Of a stretch of 64,000 bases of DNA, positions 30,601-43,700 are shown piece after piece; the stretch's first letter is position 1, and every line of letters starts with the position of its first letter. The notes under the pieces were generated by a model. The model ran no database searches. It had not been told where the DNA came from and saw only the letters and a list, made by a program, of their open reading frames with translations. The translations under genes were made by a program, and so were the position numbers. This stretch comes from Balanoglossus misakiensis (Eukaryota > Animalia > Hemichordata): assembly GCA_040954595.2 (NCBI GenBank), contig CM082578.2, positions 14,166,304-14,230,303 on the forward strand, read 5' to 3'.

Positions 30601-31416
30601 ACAAGTACAAAACTCACCGCACTTCAACATATACTCTACAAGTTCTTCATGTCCACACAAACATGCATAATACCTGAAGGACACAAAGATGAAATAATGA
30701 AGCCTTCTATTTGACTTTTATAACACTATACATGTATCTTCCTTTCCTGGAATTGAAACTTTGACAAATGCTTTCGAAAGAGCATAACAAAAACGAACAA
30801 AAGCATGTTTTTCGAAGATGCAATGTTTGTGAATAAATAAATAAATACCAAGAATGAAAAAGTTTGTTTGTTGGTATCCACCGTTCAAAGCTTCATTTAG
30901 AATAAAACAAGTTCTATAAAGACACAACTTACAGTGGTGTGCTGTCCCATTGATCTCGAATATTCAATTCAACTTCTTTCTTCTCAACAAGATACCTACA
31001 TGTGTAATAGTAAACACTGAATGAGACATTGAACTGATGAAAAAGTCTGAAAAATGACATCTTATGGCCTTGGCTGCAATAAATGGCAAAATAAAATATG
31101 TATTATGTAAATTCTGTCATGGTGCCTATATGTAGAGGGAAAACAATTATCTTTCTTCGGAGAGAGAGGAATGTAGTGTTTTTGTGTAAAGCTCTAAATT
31201 GGTCAATCAGTCATCAGTCACCCATCCCCTCACATCCTTTAACCCTTTCACCACCATGGTTCAGCCCCAACCCATTTTTCATGGTAATGTTGGATCTCTA
31301 AACTAAAGAGGGAACTAGGGTGAAAGGTCAAGTAAGGTCCCTAGACCTTTTTCAACATACCTCACCCGCGGTAAATCGCCAGTTTTGCATGATAAAAACA
31401 AGTCATGCGAATCCAT
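27610..31416 (-). CDS. ABTB1: Ankyrin repeat and BTB/POZ domain-containing protein 1
   Basis: About 12 exons. Ankyrin region: MDSHDLFLSCKTGDLPRVRYLVE..RDQWDSTPLYYACLCGHEELV..GARCEPNTFDGERCLYGAL. Two BTB domains: AHRCILSVRSKYF and FADICFSVEGHSFYCHKVFFCCRSDYF. Also ADRYLLPGLKR and the C-terminal REETDSIPVVDDIRYHI. Confidence 0.95.
31239..31331. mobile_element. ~90-bp piggyBac-like MITE, copy 1 (ABTB1 intron 1)
   Basis: TTAA|CCCTTTCACC...GGTGAAAGG(TCAA) terminal inverted repeat. The internal sequence resembles the copy at 39774-39867. Confidence 0.6.
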
Positions 31417-32307
31417 GGTTGTGATTCTGATGCTACTCCCAAGAAGACTCCAGAAAGTGCGTTCTTCTTTTCCCAAAGGACGTCAAAGGCAACCCTAAAA
31501 CTGCACTGGTGCAGTGGGGACCACACGGTCAAGTGTGTAGATTGGTTGTAGGATAATTTACAAGACAGCTTAGTAAAACCGGAAAGACTTTGGGCCGTTT
31601 AGCACACCGGATTGTTCAAAAGAGTCTGAACGTCGATACAAATCTACGTGAAGAGTTGTTTCTGTGCTATCTTCCAGTTCACAACAACAGAAATATGTAA
31701 ACATGTACTCATTATCGCTGACGGAGTCGGCCATGATGAATCTTCTTTTGGTTGCGCAATATTTATATAAACTCGCTCGGTGCAGCGACTGCCAGCTATG
31801 TGGCGGTTTGGGCTAAAAAAAAACGATGCTGTGTGCAAACACCTTAGTCTCCGCAGATCAACTTTTGCTGACAAACACTAGTACCCCCTCCTGGTGCTAG
31901 TGAAAGTTCTTGAAAATTGTGGGCGGTGAAAATGTAAACAGTCCCTGGACTTCTTCTCGCATTGGAGTAATTTGTAAACGTTCAAACATACCAGTTCGAT
32001 TATAATAAACCGCCTAAGCAGGCCTGCCCCCTAAGTGAGCTGAGATACTAAAAGGGGGTGGGGCCGCTTACCTTAGCTGACCGTATCTTCATGATCTTCA
32101 AATAGATGACCACTGAGCTGCGTCCCAAGTGACTTGACAGACAGGACGCGTCACGTAGAGGGACTGTGGGCCAAGGGAGGTCAAGGTCAGATCGCCATAG
32201 CTGGGGTAGCGTTGCTCACCAGTGTTCGTTCAAGTTTATCTGCTCTTCAGTTCAGTGTCGTCTGCTTCAGTTCAGAAACAACACATGCAACAGGTGTCAG
32301 TCACACG

Positions 32308-35300
32308 ATGGAGATCGTGGGAATATCGCTGTTATTCGCTGTTTCCGTGAGCGTTGTGGTATTTATTAGTGTGCGCAAGAGATTTAGGAAAAGATGTTTG
32401 GAGAAGAGGACGAATCGTGTTATTTTATTCACAAAATACCCAAGTCCTGGACTGGTGAAAACTCGTCTTATTGGCTGCTTAGGCGAAACTGGTGCAGCCA
32501 GGTTACAACATTATATGGTGGGTAGGAATCAGCCGGGGAATGAGGGGCTGGAGGATTATCAAAGAAATCAAACAGTTATCATGTTGCACTTGTACAATAC
32601 AATTAGATCATCTGCCTCAATCACCTTGTCAACAGTCAGAGAGACAAACTTATCTATTGAGAAAGCATTGGAAGACTTTGCTGGGAAACATGGGTCCACC
32701 ATATTGATTACTTTTGCTGTACATAATTGTGTTTGTATACATATATGCTCTTCACATGATTGTATTTCTGTTTTTAATTAAATTAACAAAATTATGCAAT
32801 TTCTATCTGTCTACATTTTAGACCGATCACATGCTGAATATATTAGCAGAAATGCAGCGATCACTTGATATCTGTGTTGAGATTAGATATTTTGGTGGAA
32901 GTTCAAAAGATGCCAAGTATTGGTTCGGTCGAAGAGCACAACTGAAGTGTATATGGAATGAACAGCGTGGCTGTAGTCTTGGAGATAAAATGGCAAATGC
33001 ATTCAAGAAGGCCTTCAAACAGGGTGCTGAAAATGTTGTCGTGGTAAGTCTTCACCTATGCAGTGGTGGCAGTGGACATGGATTGATATAGTAAGACTAT
33101 TTCTTCAAAATGTAGAAATTGTCTGACAATGTTGGAAAATCTTAGCAAGTTATGTTCATCTGACAACTGAAATGCATAATTGAGAAAGTGCAGTTGAGAA
33201 CCACTGCAGTATATTTGTATAATATTAATTCATTCTCAGATTGGCAGTGACATTCCAGGAATAACCTGTGAACTTCTCAAGGAAGCGTTTGGTTTTCTTC
33301 AAGATGTGACAAGCAGAGAGAAATTACTGCTTGGCCCAGCATTGGATGGTGGCTATTATTTAATAGGATTAAATAGGGTCAATGCATCCAAATTAGGTAC
33401 TGTACTGAAACAGTTTAATATCATCTTACATACATGTATCGTTCAATATCTTTTGTTCATTGGGTGTTTTAGCCATGAGTAATTAATGTTGTTAGCTGCA
33501 TCATATGAGTCAGAGACAATTAAGCGTGACCAACCCTATGAGTGGCATTATTGCCTTGATCATTATTTTCACTGCTATTTGCTGTTGTTCCTTGCAGAAA
33601 AATTACTGGATGGAATAGATTGGGGAACGGAAAAAGTGAGAGCACAACAAGAGACCAAAGCAGAATTGCTGGGCATGTCTGTGTGCCATCTGTCCAGTGT
33701 TCTTCAAGATGTTGTAAGTTTGATCTATTATTAAGTATCTCTTGAACACAACTTCCTGCCAGTTTACTTTAGTTTTGAGTTAATTGCATTAAAGTTTCCA
33801 ACATGTTACCATTTCCTGAAAATTAATACAATTATAAGAAATAATCAGGATGTAATGCATTTGTACAGAATTGCCTCATTATTTGTCACTTTTATAAATG
33901 CTTCATTTTCAGGACACCTCAACAGACCTGCCAGTCGTGGAGGAGTGTATGGGAATATCCCTACAGCAAATAAAGGCTCCAAAACTTAGTGTCATAATTC
34001 CTGTTTTAAATGAAATCAACAATATTCACAATACAATAGAAACTGTCATCAAGGTATGGTTATTTCTAGTCTCAGCATAGTGACCACTCTTAAAACAATA
34101 TATTTAACTGCAATTGTCATTCATAAAAAAATGACTTGAAAGTATAGCAAAAGCAATGTTCAAATTGATTCATTTATCATCCTAATTTCAGAATTGCAGC
34201 TGGCCTCAGTATATGGAGATAATAGTCTGCGATGGAGGCAGTCGGGATGGGACGTTTGAGAAGGTGGAAGAAATTGCCAAATCTGTGACAAAATGCCCCA
34301 TCAAAGCAGTGAGAAGCTCTAAAGGTACGTGACACCATATAAAATATAACATGCAAATGTTCTATACATCAGAGCTCCTAGATTTATCAGAGTAGTGAGA
34401 AAACAGCAAACATTATTATATAAAGACAGTTTCTGGTGTGCATTTTGTTATATTTAATAGGTCGGGGCAAGCAACAGAATGTCGGAGCCAGCCATAGTAC
34501 GGGAGATATATTGATATTTCTCCATGGTGATACAGAAGTGCCTGAAAGATTCTTTGAAGAAATTTTGATATGTCTAGGAACACCAGGCGTATCTGCAGGT
34601 GCCTTCAAGCTGGATTTTGATGTGCTGTACTCACACAAGTAAGAATGTTTACTTTTTATACTAATTAAAGGAATACAATCACCTCAAAGTTATATTAGGT
34701 TAGACGGACATGTTTAAATCTTCTGGAGAACATTTGGTCACTTTTGTTTATGTGGCCTTGATTAAAAAATAAATATATTCTGTATGTTTTATGTTTTGCT
34801 TCAAGGTGTTCAACATACTTGTATTATATGTTGAAGTTTGTTCGGTGGAGTGCCAGAATACGAGCGAAGAAATATGGTAAGTTCTCCATTTTTCTCTTGA
34901 AATTGCCTAGAATTGCCTAGTCCCCCCAAAAATCAAGCAGAATATGCAATGCCTATTTATATTATCTTCTTCAGAGCAACCATATGGAGACCAGGGTATT
35001 TTTCTGACCAGGCAAATGTTTGGGAAGATAGGGGGCTTTCCTGAATATCCTATTATGGAAGAATTTGAGTTGGTAAGTTTTTATGGTTTGCTGAGTTTCA
35101 GCAAAGGATACACGTATGACTTAATTTTATAGAGAAACTTTAAATGAATCTAACATGCTAGTCTGATTCATAAACAGTACTATTGATGAAGAGTTGGATT
35201 ATTTTGGGTATAACTTGGTCATACATTAAGGTAGAACACACGATGAAAATCAAAATCTTTTTCTCATATTTTCCAAAAACCCATACTACCCTGGTGATTA

Positions 35301-35832
35301 ATAATTACATGTAATAAAAATCTCTTTTTTCAAGATCAAAAAATTACACAATGAAGGCCATGTTGTGATCTTAGAGACTGCTATTATCACATCTGCCAAA
35401 CGATGGGAAAAACTTGGATTTACTGTGAGTAATATATAAATATTCATCATACTGTGATTAATTTATGTTTTAAGGTTGATAAATAATTTATAAACTTGGA
35501 AATTCTTTGATTTGAATGTTCTCACTTGCCATAAAGTGTGGTAGTTTTATTGGTTTTATCACGGTCCCTCCACACAGAGTTTTATTGGTATTTTAAAAAT
35601 GTTTTCCATGTTTGCCTTTTTATTAATAAGATAATTTTTGTACTTCTTTCCAGTTAATAGTTTAGGACAGAATAATGAGCCAATAAAGAAAGGCAATCCA
35701 TTTCTCACAGTTTCCTTTTCATTTGTATTGCAGGCAAGTGTGATAAACAATATCATGGTATTTTTGTATTGGATAGGAGTGGAACCAGCCACCTTGGCAA
35801 GATTGTATTATAAACATGACAAAGACCAATGA
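32308..35832 (+). CDS. Fused TIGR04282 (DUF2064/CofC-like) + TIGR04283 (GT2) transferase with N-terminal signal anchor, ~504 aa
   Basis: Eleven phase-consistent GT-AG exons: 32308-32517, 32822-33043, 33240-33396, 33598-33713, 33913-34053, 34192-34324, 34461-34638, 34806-34876, 34975-35072, 35335-35424, 35734-35832. N-domain motifs: FTKYPSPGLVKTRL, QRGCSLGDKM, IGSDIP, GPALDGGYYLIG, IDWGT, LQDVDTSTDL. C-domain motifs: SVIIPVLNE, DGGSRDGT, GRGKQQNVGA, FLHGDT, PYGDQGIF, GGFPEYPIMEE, TSAKRWEKLG, GVEPATLARLYY. Confidence 0.9.
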
Positions 35833-37770
35833 TGGAGATTTGTAATGGTGTTTTATGGAAGTCATTGACTTCATTCTCTATGCCACCTTCACTGCAATAG
35901 CAGGAAACTGAAAAACAGTTTCTATTGGGGATTGTTAAGATGACTGAACAGTGTCTTTCCAGAAATTTACATTTGGTGTGGACTGGTCGTAGGCAGCTGA
36001 AATTTGGTACAATGTCTAGTGCAATTATATGCTGCATATTATTCAGATTGTTCCAAGGCTATTTTTGGAGTGGGGGGGGGGGGGGGAGGATATGTTGAAA
36101 TATAATATTTTCAAAAGTCATATAAATTACAAATGGTTAAATAAACTGATATATATTCTGGAAGTGCTAAATGACTATGTCGATTTTATGCCTATTCATC
36201 CATCAGTTTCTCATTTATTAGGTTTTACTTCGTTTTCTGCCCAACTGTTGTTAAACATCACAGATTCAGTCTCCCACAATAATATACTTAGAAGAACAAC
36301 ATAATAGTAATTACTCCATCTATTTATTACTGTTAACTTCATGAACAACGGTTACAAATATTTACAAGTCAATTCAGTATCATTTCAAAGTTCTTGTAAA
36401 ATCAAGATGCTTAGCTATTTTAGAATGCTGAGTGTATACCTCTACTCAGGTGCTTCAGCAAGAGTTAAATAACTTTTCTAGTAAAATTTACATTACTTTA
36501 TAATTACAATATATAATGAACCATTTTCAGCTGGTGAATAAAATTTATTTTCTGCCTTACCAAGCCAGTTCAATCATACATGTACTAAAACTGCCACATG
36601 AAACAAGACTTTGTTGTGGATCACTATGAGACACACACTCCAAAAATGCCTTGGTCAACTCGGCAAAACCCTTGATGAGTAGAGTGAAGGATCAACTGCC
36701 AAAAACAATCAGATAGGCAAAATACTGTTCACAACACATATGCCAAGTTAATAATCTTTTTATAGACAAATATCATGAATATATTATCAACATATTTCCA
36801 TGTGTATATTTCTGGCCTTGAATACAAATATAAATGAGACATAAGGTTGATACACTGGGCATGTTTTGCAAAATCTGTATCATTTCTGCTACAGGACAGT
36901 TGTACAAATTAATATTGCTTATTTAAAAGACTGCATATAATATTGCAAACTATTTTCTTATTTAATGGTATTTTAATATACTTTCCCAAGAATGGGATCC
37001 ACAGTTCCAAAGTCAAACACCTCCACTTCGCAATTTGCAAACTCGGCACAGAAAATTAAAGATTTCACCAGCTTTCTCTTATTAAACTCAACTTGCTAGC
37101 CTAACAATTTTATGGATTATAAAACAAAAATATCTTGAAGTCAGAAAAAAAACATTTTACAAGCACTAAGTAGTTGGAAATGATTTATCAAATCTGTTTA
37201 GAAAAGAAATAAACCACTGAAATGTACAGTTAATACCATAACAAAGATCATCTGTTGGTAGGTTTTCTTATTTCCAGTTATTCAAGGGCCAAGAGTGAAT
37301 TTTTAGTGACTAAGGAGCATCTATTTGGTAAAAAAATAAAAATTCAGTGAATCATTTTAATATGAAGTGTGGAGGGATTGTTTATCAAAGTATGAAAGAA
37401 AAATGTACTCTGCAATATTAAGGGAGTATAGTTATTATCTTTCTATCTTTTCAGAATTGGTTTGTTTTTATAGAAAACACCAAATATTTATAATGATTAC
37501 ATGATCCAGTCAGGGAGAACCAAACCAATATACCAGTAACTCTACACTTCTAAGTATGGTTTGCACTCAAGGACAGTTGATAGTGCAGTGTTAGAGGTTT
37601 CTGGTGTATAAGCGCCCTCTTATGGTCAAATTTATTTACATGTCTCAACTGTAAAGGGCGCTATATACAGTACCACATAACTCAATCTTTGGAGGGAGGA
37701 CTCGTAAAAAATTTGCAAGGCAGTGTTTAGAGATTTGAAGTCTTCCTGTAATCATCACCAGAATCCAGTT

Positions 37771-40700
37771 TTATTTCCATGGTGAAGAATGAATGGTACT
37801 TGCAGTTGATCGGGAGGTGCTGATGCTACTGTTGGTGGCCGTGCTGCGGGTGCTTGCTCGACTCAGTCGACCTGAGGGGGAAAAAAATAATAAAAAGTTA
37901 AACGTCACATCTTGAGTTTCCATTCAGATGATGGTGCATGATTCGAAATGCAGTCTACAATCGTGAAAACAGCTGTACCATATCAGTGTACCAAATGTAA
38001 CAAATTGATTTCAGTCACCAGTTTTCAAGAGTGACGTCTTACAGATGAAGATTTCAACCAAATCTTACAAAATTCCAAATGGGTGAATTTTTCTACTTAC
38101 TTCCAGTGTCCTGTGGTACCAAGCTCTCATCCAAAGCCATTGATAATTTGTCAAGATGTGATCATGTGAATCAAGGAAGACACACTGAAAAACTTGAGTT
38201 TTCTACTCCAATTCTTCATCACTGATTGATTGACTCTGAACAAACACTGTTTAAAACATTAAATACAGAACTCATTAAAGATTTCAAAAGGATATCATCT
38301 TCATCAAAAACCGTCTTATAAGCCGGTCCCTTTTGGATTTGCTGTGTTGGTTTCTTCTTACTTCTACTGCTTGATGGTGGTGGAGGAATACATGACTGTG
38401 GTAATGTACCTGTGATCAATCCTTCAGGGAACTTCTGATAAGCTACCTTCATACCTGTGAAAAAGTCACACCAGATTTAGAGAAAGAGAAATTAACCTTC
38501 AAACTGCCTCTTCCCATAGAATTACACTGAGTTGTACCACACAGACAACTTCTACTGTTGTCATTTTAACTAAACTAGTAATCCCTGTGGAAACCATCTT
38601 ACCTCCAGATAAAAGGAACAAATTATCGAATCCCCTTTCAGCAAATGTGGTAGCAGCTGCTGTAGCCAATCTTTCGTCCTCATCATAGATTAAGATAATC
38701 TTTCCAGGTTTGTTTCTCTGAGGACTATGTTAAGGAGAATCACATGAGGTAAACTGTGTACATGTTATCCGAAATGCCTTGTATGTTCAAATTTGGTATG
38801 CATGTGAAGTCCAAAACAGTGATTTTAAAAAAAACAGACTATGCAGGGAACTGTTTCCTTTGCTGAATAAAAGCCCTCATCTTTTGCTCCCCCAACAAGA
38901 ATATCACGACATCCATCTTCTGAGTTGCACTGTTACAAAACTGACCTTTGACCATTTATTCTACACTATCACCAAGGTCACAGTAATAAGGATACATATG
39001 CAATAATCTGAGGTGTACTGCTGTAGTTGTTGTATGATCTTGATAACATGGCAGCCGGGTAGTTGATTGCTAAGGGTGGACAAATTCATAACATGAGAAC
39101 AGTGTATGAAATAGGAATATAGTGTGAAATGCACAAGTGGATCAATCAATTATGCAAAGTGATCATTCTGCAACACATCTGAAGAGCACAGTCCCTCAAC
39201 ACACTGCGTGCAAAGGGACTTGTTTTCAGTGACCTTTGTCACACAAGGACGGAGTTTCTCTTATCACACATTCCTGGCAACTGTATGACACATTGATATA
39301 TTTCAACATGTTTGCTTGTCCACTCCAAAGAGCTTCAACCCCCCCCCCCCCCCAACTCTACTCAAAACAAGTTCTTTTTATTGGCATAGTAAGGGAAATG
39401 TGTGCACATTTCTTGCATTCACAGTGCTTGAAGCTTGTTTGGCCTGACTTCAGAGAGGAAGTACAATGTACATGTAATTCACCCGAGAGTACAATTTGTC
39501 AGCCAATATGCATGTGTTTTGATTCAATCACATGATGCACAGAAATACATAGCAGCAGGCACTAGACTATGCATAGGCAGCTCACCTGTAATGAGGTGAC
39601 ATTCATCAAAGGCGTCTTTCTCTCTGATATCCAACAACAAATAGGGACAGCTATCGTCAAATTTCTCTGGTTCTTTGGGAGGTGATCTCTCCACTGGTTT
39701 TTCATCCAGATCAAACTCACCAACACCACGGATCACACTGGTGGGAAGAACAGGGATTAAACTGTTAGCGTCAAGAACCCTTTCACCACATTGGTTTGGT
39801 CCAAATCCATTGTTTTCCATGGTAAAATTCTACCTTTTAGAGAGAAAACGGAGGGTGAAAGGGTTAAATTGAGAACTGACCTCTGTAGGGTTGATCTGGG
39901 TGTCTGCATATCTTTGGCTTCCCCATAGTCACCCTCCGTCAGTGCTAATGATGGTACAGGGCTCTCTCGCATTTCACCATCAAGGGTGGAGGCCGGGGTT
40001 TCCAGCTCAGATCTAGCAGTATCTGCAAGGTGAGTGACAAGAAGATCATATGTGGTATTATGCTGCAATGCAATTTCTTTTTTCTAAAGAAAAATTGTGT
40101 AAAATGATGACAACATCTGAGCTACTATAATATACAATAGTCCTGGTCAGAGTCATGATAGAGTCTTCAGATCTTTGATGTCCCGACTACATGTCGGAGA
40201 ACAACAGTTTTGTATTTGGTGATCATGAGGCCATGATCAGCAATATAAATGCTGAATCACTGTGGCACACTAAACAATAAAATGCAGCAGTAAACATTTG
40301 AAATGTGATAAAAACACAACTGATGTTTTTTCAAGCACCACATGGAATGTGGACTAAACTTGGCAGTCATGACAATCTTGAATCTTGCAGTAACTGTGGA
40401 AGGATTCACTTGAATGCTGAGCAACCAGTTTCCACAGAGAAATCTTCAATTTAATTTGGCAATACCTTTGACTGTATTTAACAACTTGGCAACCAAGCCA
40501 GACTTGGCTCTCCTGGCCTGCTTATCTGTTTCCATGGGGACAATTCAACCAAATTTTGAAAAACAACTATCGCTGATATGAAACATCTCAGCCAGAATAA
40601 CATAAGTTTCATTGTTTTTCAATTTATTCAACATAAACAACATTAACGTTTTGCATGGATGTGTGAAGACATTCACAACTTGTCTGTGAGATTTATATGG

Positions 40701-43700
40701 GTGACTACTTGTCTCCATGATTTGAAGGGTTTGATTACCACAAAGGTGGTGATTTCTGTCACCTTCTGTTTGTGTCATTAAATAACCTAATCGTCCTTCA
40801 CACTCCAAAGGACGTATCGGCATAAAAATTCTCAAGTGGTGCTGTCTGCATGCGACAATCTCAAGTGGTCATTATCTGTTTGAGGACTCTGAGGGTATGA
40901 CTGTTGGCTGTCAGATGTGAAGTGGTCGGCAGAGATGAACAGCAATGTCTTGATCTTACACCTGTGTTCAGAAGCTGAAGGACTCAAAGTTTGGCCACTG
41001 TTGAAATATTTCGGTCAAACAAACACTACGTCTTTGCCGGGCAACAAGGACTGGTCCACTTGGGTCAGACTACCCCACATTGGATCCGAAATGTACACAA
41101 GAAAAAAACAAATCACTGGCTATGATTTCTAACCCAGATTTCTTTTTCAGGACAGTGCATGTATGTATTTGATGCTACCATGCCAAAAGATATTTGTTCA
41201 GCTAGTCAATCACATCTCTCTCTCTCTCTCTCTCTCGACCTTTTTGTACCATTTCACGGTTGATTGCAGACTTACATTTCACTACTATGGTGGCATTATT
41301 CTCAAGTTTTGTTGTGTTCTGGTACCAGCACCTATTGTTGTCACAACATTATAAACCCAGTTCTCACAAAGCAGGACTACTGTGGGATGTGACCCACCAA
41401 AACGTGGAATGGTGCGCAAGAATAATTGATGGTTGTGGCTTCTTGCAAGATCACACAATACGTTTATTTTCACACCATCCAACAGTTCTCTCTGCCACTT
41501 TACTATTAAGGAAGGGTGATGCGTGATGGTGAAATTTGTAAGTGGCAAGTCACTATGGGACACTACCCTAGGAACTGGAATAATTGTTGAAAATGAGATA
41601 GAAAAGATGAGAATTTCAACATTGTGGAAAGCAAGCCAATCATATTGATGACTTTGCCATTGCCAGCAATGATATCAGGTGTGTTTTGACATGAACGACT
41701 ATATATATTTGAATACTTCTCAAATATTTGAATGTGTCAGCTGAGAAAGGCTTTCACCGTTGAGTGTTTGCCTCCTGGTAATGATGCCACATACTAAATA
41801 TCACCAGTGTTGACACATCAATTGTACATTATTGGATCTTCGCATTACCATGGTGACTACCTCACTTTCCAACCAGGTTGTATTTGACAACCACTTGATA
41901 GGAAAGTGAAAATGGAAAGAAGTCAACACTGAGCAGTTAAAGTGCTTTCAGCAAAATCAGACACTATACAAGATTGCCTCGATATGGTTTTGGATATACA
42001 TGTACCTGAGTTGCAGCTATTGTTGCTAGCCCTAGTAACACTTCTGTCCCCAATAAATATGACTGCATTTGTATACTAAGGGGAAAATGACTAGAGAGTC
42101 CTGGTAATGTTATACCTAGGTGCAGCCCTTGACAAAAACACTGAAAGGGCTTGCACCGAGTTACTTCACAAACACCGAGAGGAAATATACAGCCAAAAAA
42201 AACTTCTGTTGCTGTAAAAACAGTTCATAGTTGTCATAGAGCTCCTACCTGCTGCACTCTGGAGTCTTGCATCATCTTCCAGTTTCTGAATGGCATTCAC
42301 CTGCAATGCCTGAAACGATATAGATAGCAGTTGAGGTTTAGAAAAAAAGTACAGACAGGCATACACCACTCTGACCAATGTGGGGGCAACCTCATCGGTG
42401 GATTTATACACTAGTTAGTATAACGATCCCCAAATGAGAGCCTTCACGCTTTTTCACTTGAGCACTTCATGAATAGTCTGGTATGCTAACTTCACTCCTA
42501 CACAACAGGGCAACAAATGCACACCACGTTTCTATTTGCTTTTACACCTCACAGGAGTGGGACGTGTCAGCATATCTAGGAGAAGGTCGCTTGTAACATC
42601 GGGTAGCTGCCGTAATTCTTCTCCACTAAAGACACCCTCATTGTCCCAACACCTGTTGAGTACAAGCCTGGAGATGATCTTACTGCATTGTGATCTTTTG
42701 TTAATTAGAGTTTGTTGACATCACTGGTGTGATATGGCAGACATCAAACACAAAGATTTATTTCTACCAGGTGTGCATGAATCAGGTTGATCAGTCAGAC
42801 CATCCACAAGTGACAAAAGCTTTCAGAAATGATCATTATATTCCTGTGAAAATCCCAAACAGGATATTGCAATCATTGGAAAACCTTGAGACAAATGCAA
42901 TTCCAGGTAACATCATCAATAGACTTCTCTTGTGTCAACATTGACGAATTGCATGACTGCAATACCTAAAATAATCATCAAGGTATCTAACCTTCATCAG
43001 GTCTTTTATTTATCTAAGTAGTGGACTCAGGGAGTATTTAGTTAGTCAGAATACCACTGAGATTTGCATAGAGAGGGATTTGACTTGTAATCTCTGGACA
43101 CATATTCATGTAGCCGAACAGGAATTGATCTGCCCTGGAACGACAACCAAATTCTGGCCAGCTCTTCCATTGTTGTATTCACAGACAAAAAAATCTGCTC
43201 AAATGGAGAGACAATGAAGCCTGTATTTGCACGGGCACCAGCGATATTTTTCCAATAGATTCAGTTGTTGTGCCTTATCCCCCAAATTATTGATGGGTTG
43301 CTTCCGAACAGTTGAAGATATTGATCGGGTATTGATGCAACCATTCTTACAACTTACAAGGGGCATGAATGAAAAAGGGTTCTCTTCTTTCAGAAATCCA
43401 CTACCTGTGTGGTGATCTGGACAGCTGAAGGGCCCACAGCCCTGAGCAATGGAGCTCTGAAAAGTTTACTTTCATGTAATCATACTGTATTACAAAACCC
43501 TGCCGGCGTAATTGGCTTCATTTGGCAGTACACCCAGCAGATGATTACACTATCTCAAAGGATACCACATAATATCAAATAAAACCGAACTGACCACAAA
43601 TAAAAGAAGTGTATTATGAATTGAGGGGTGTACAATACATACACAAACTTTCCTCACTTAGCTTATCTCATACAAGCGGTGACATTTATAATAGCCCCAA

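Noticed and set aside
32308-35832. Bacterial contamination as the source of the fused transferase
   Set aside because: It has ten canonical spliceosomal introns, host-like composition and continuity with animal genes.
38603-39737. CEP41 rhodanese domain as an arsenate reductase partner of the neighbouring transferase
   Set aside because: The active-site position has Asp (IYDEDE), not Cys, and CEP41 is an established ciliary protein. The adjacency is not evidence of a pathway.
40900-43460. Exon-like or ORF-like stretches inside the large CEP41 introns (e.g. 41285-41563, ~42548-42667, ~43408-43457) as a nested gene
   Set aside because: CEP41 splices coherently without them and the pieces show no recognisable homology. 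They may be decayed repeats; RNA data would be needed.
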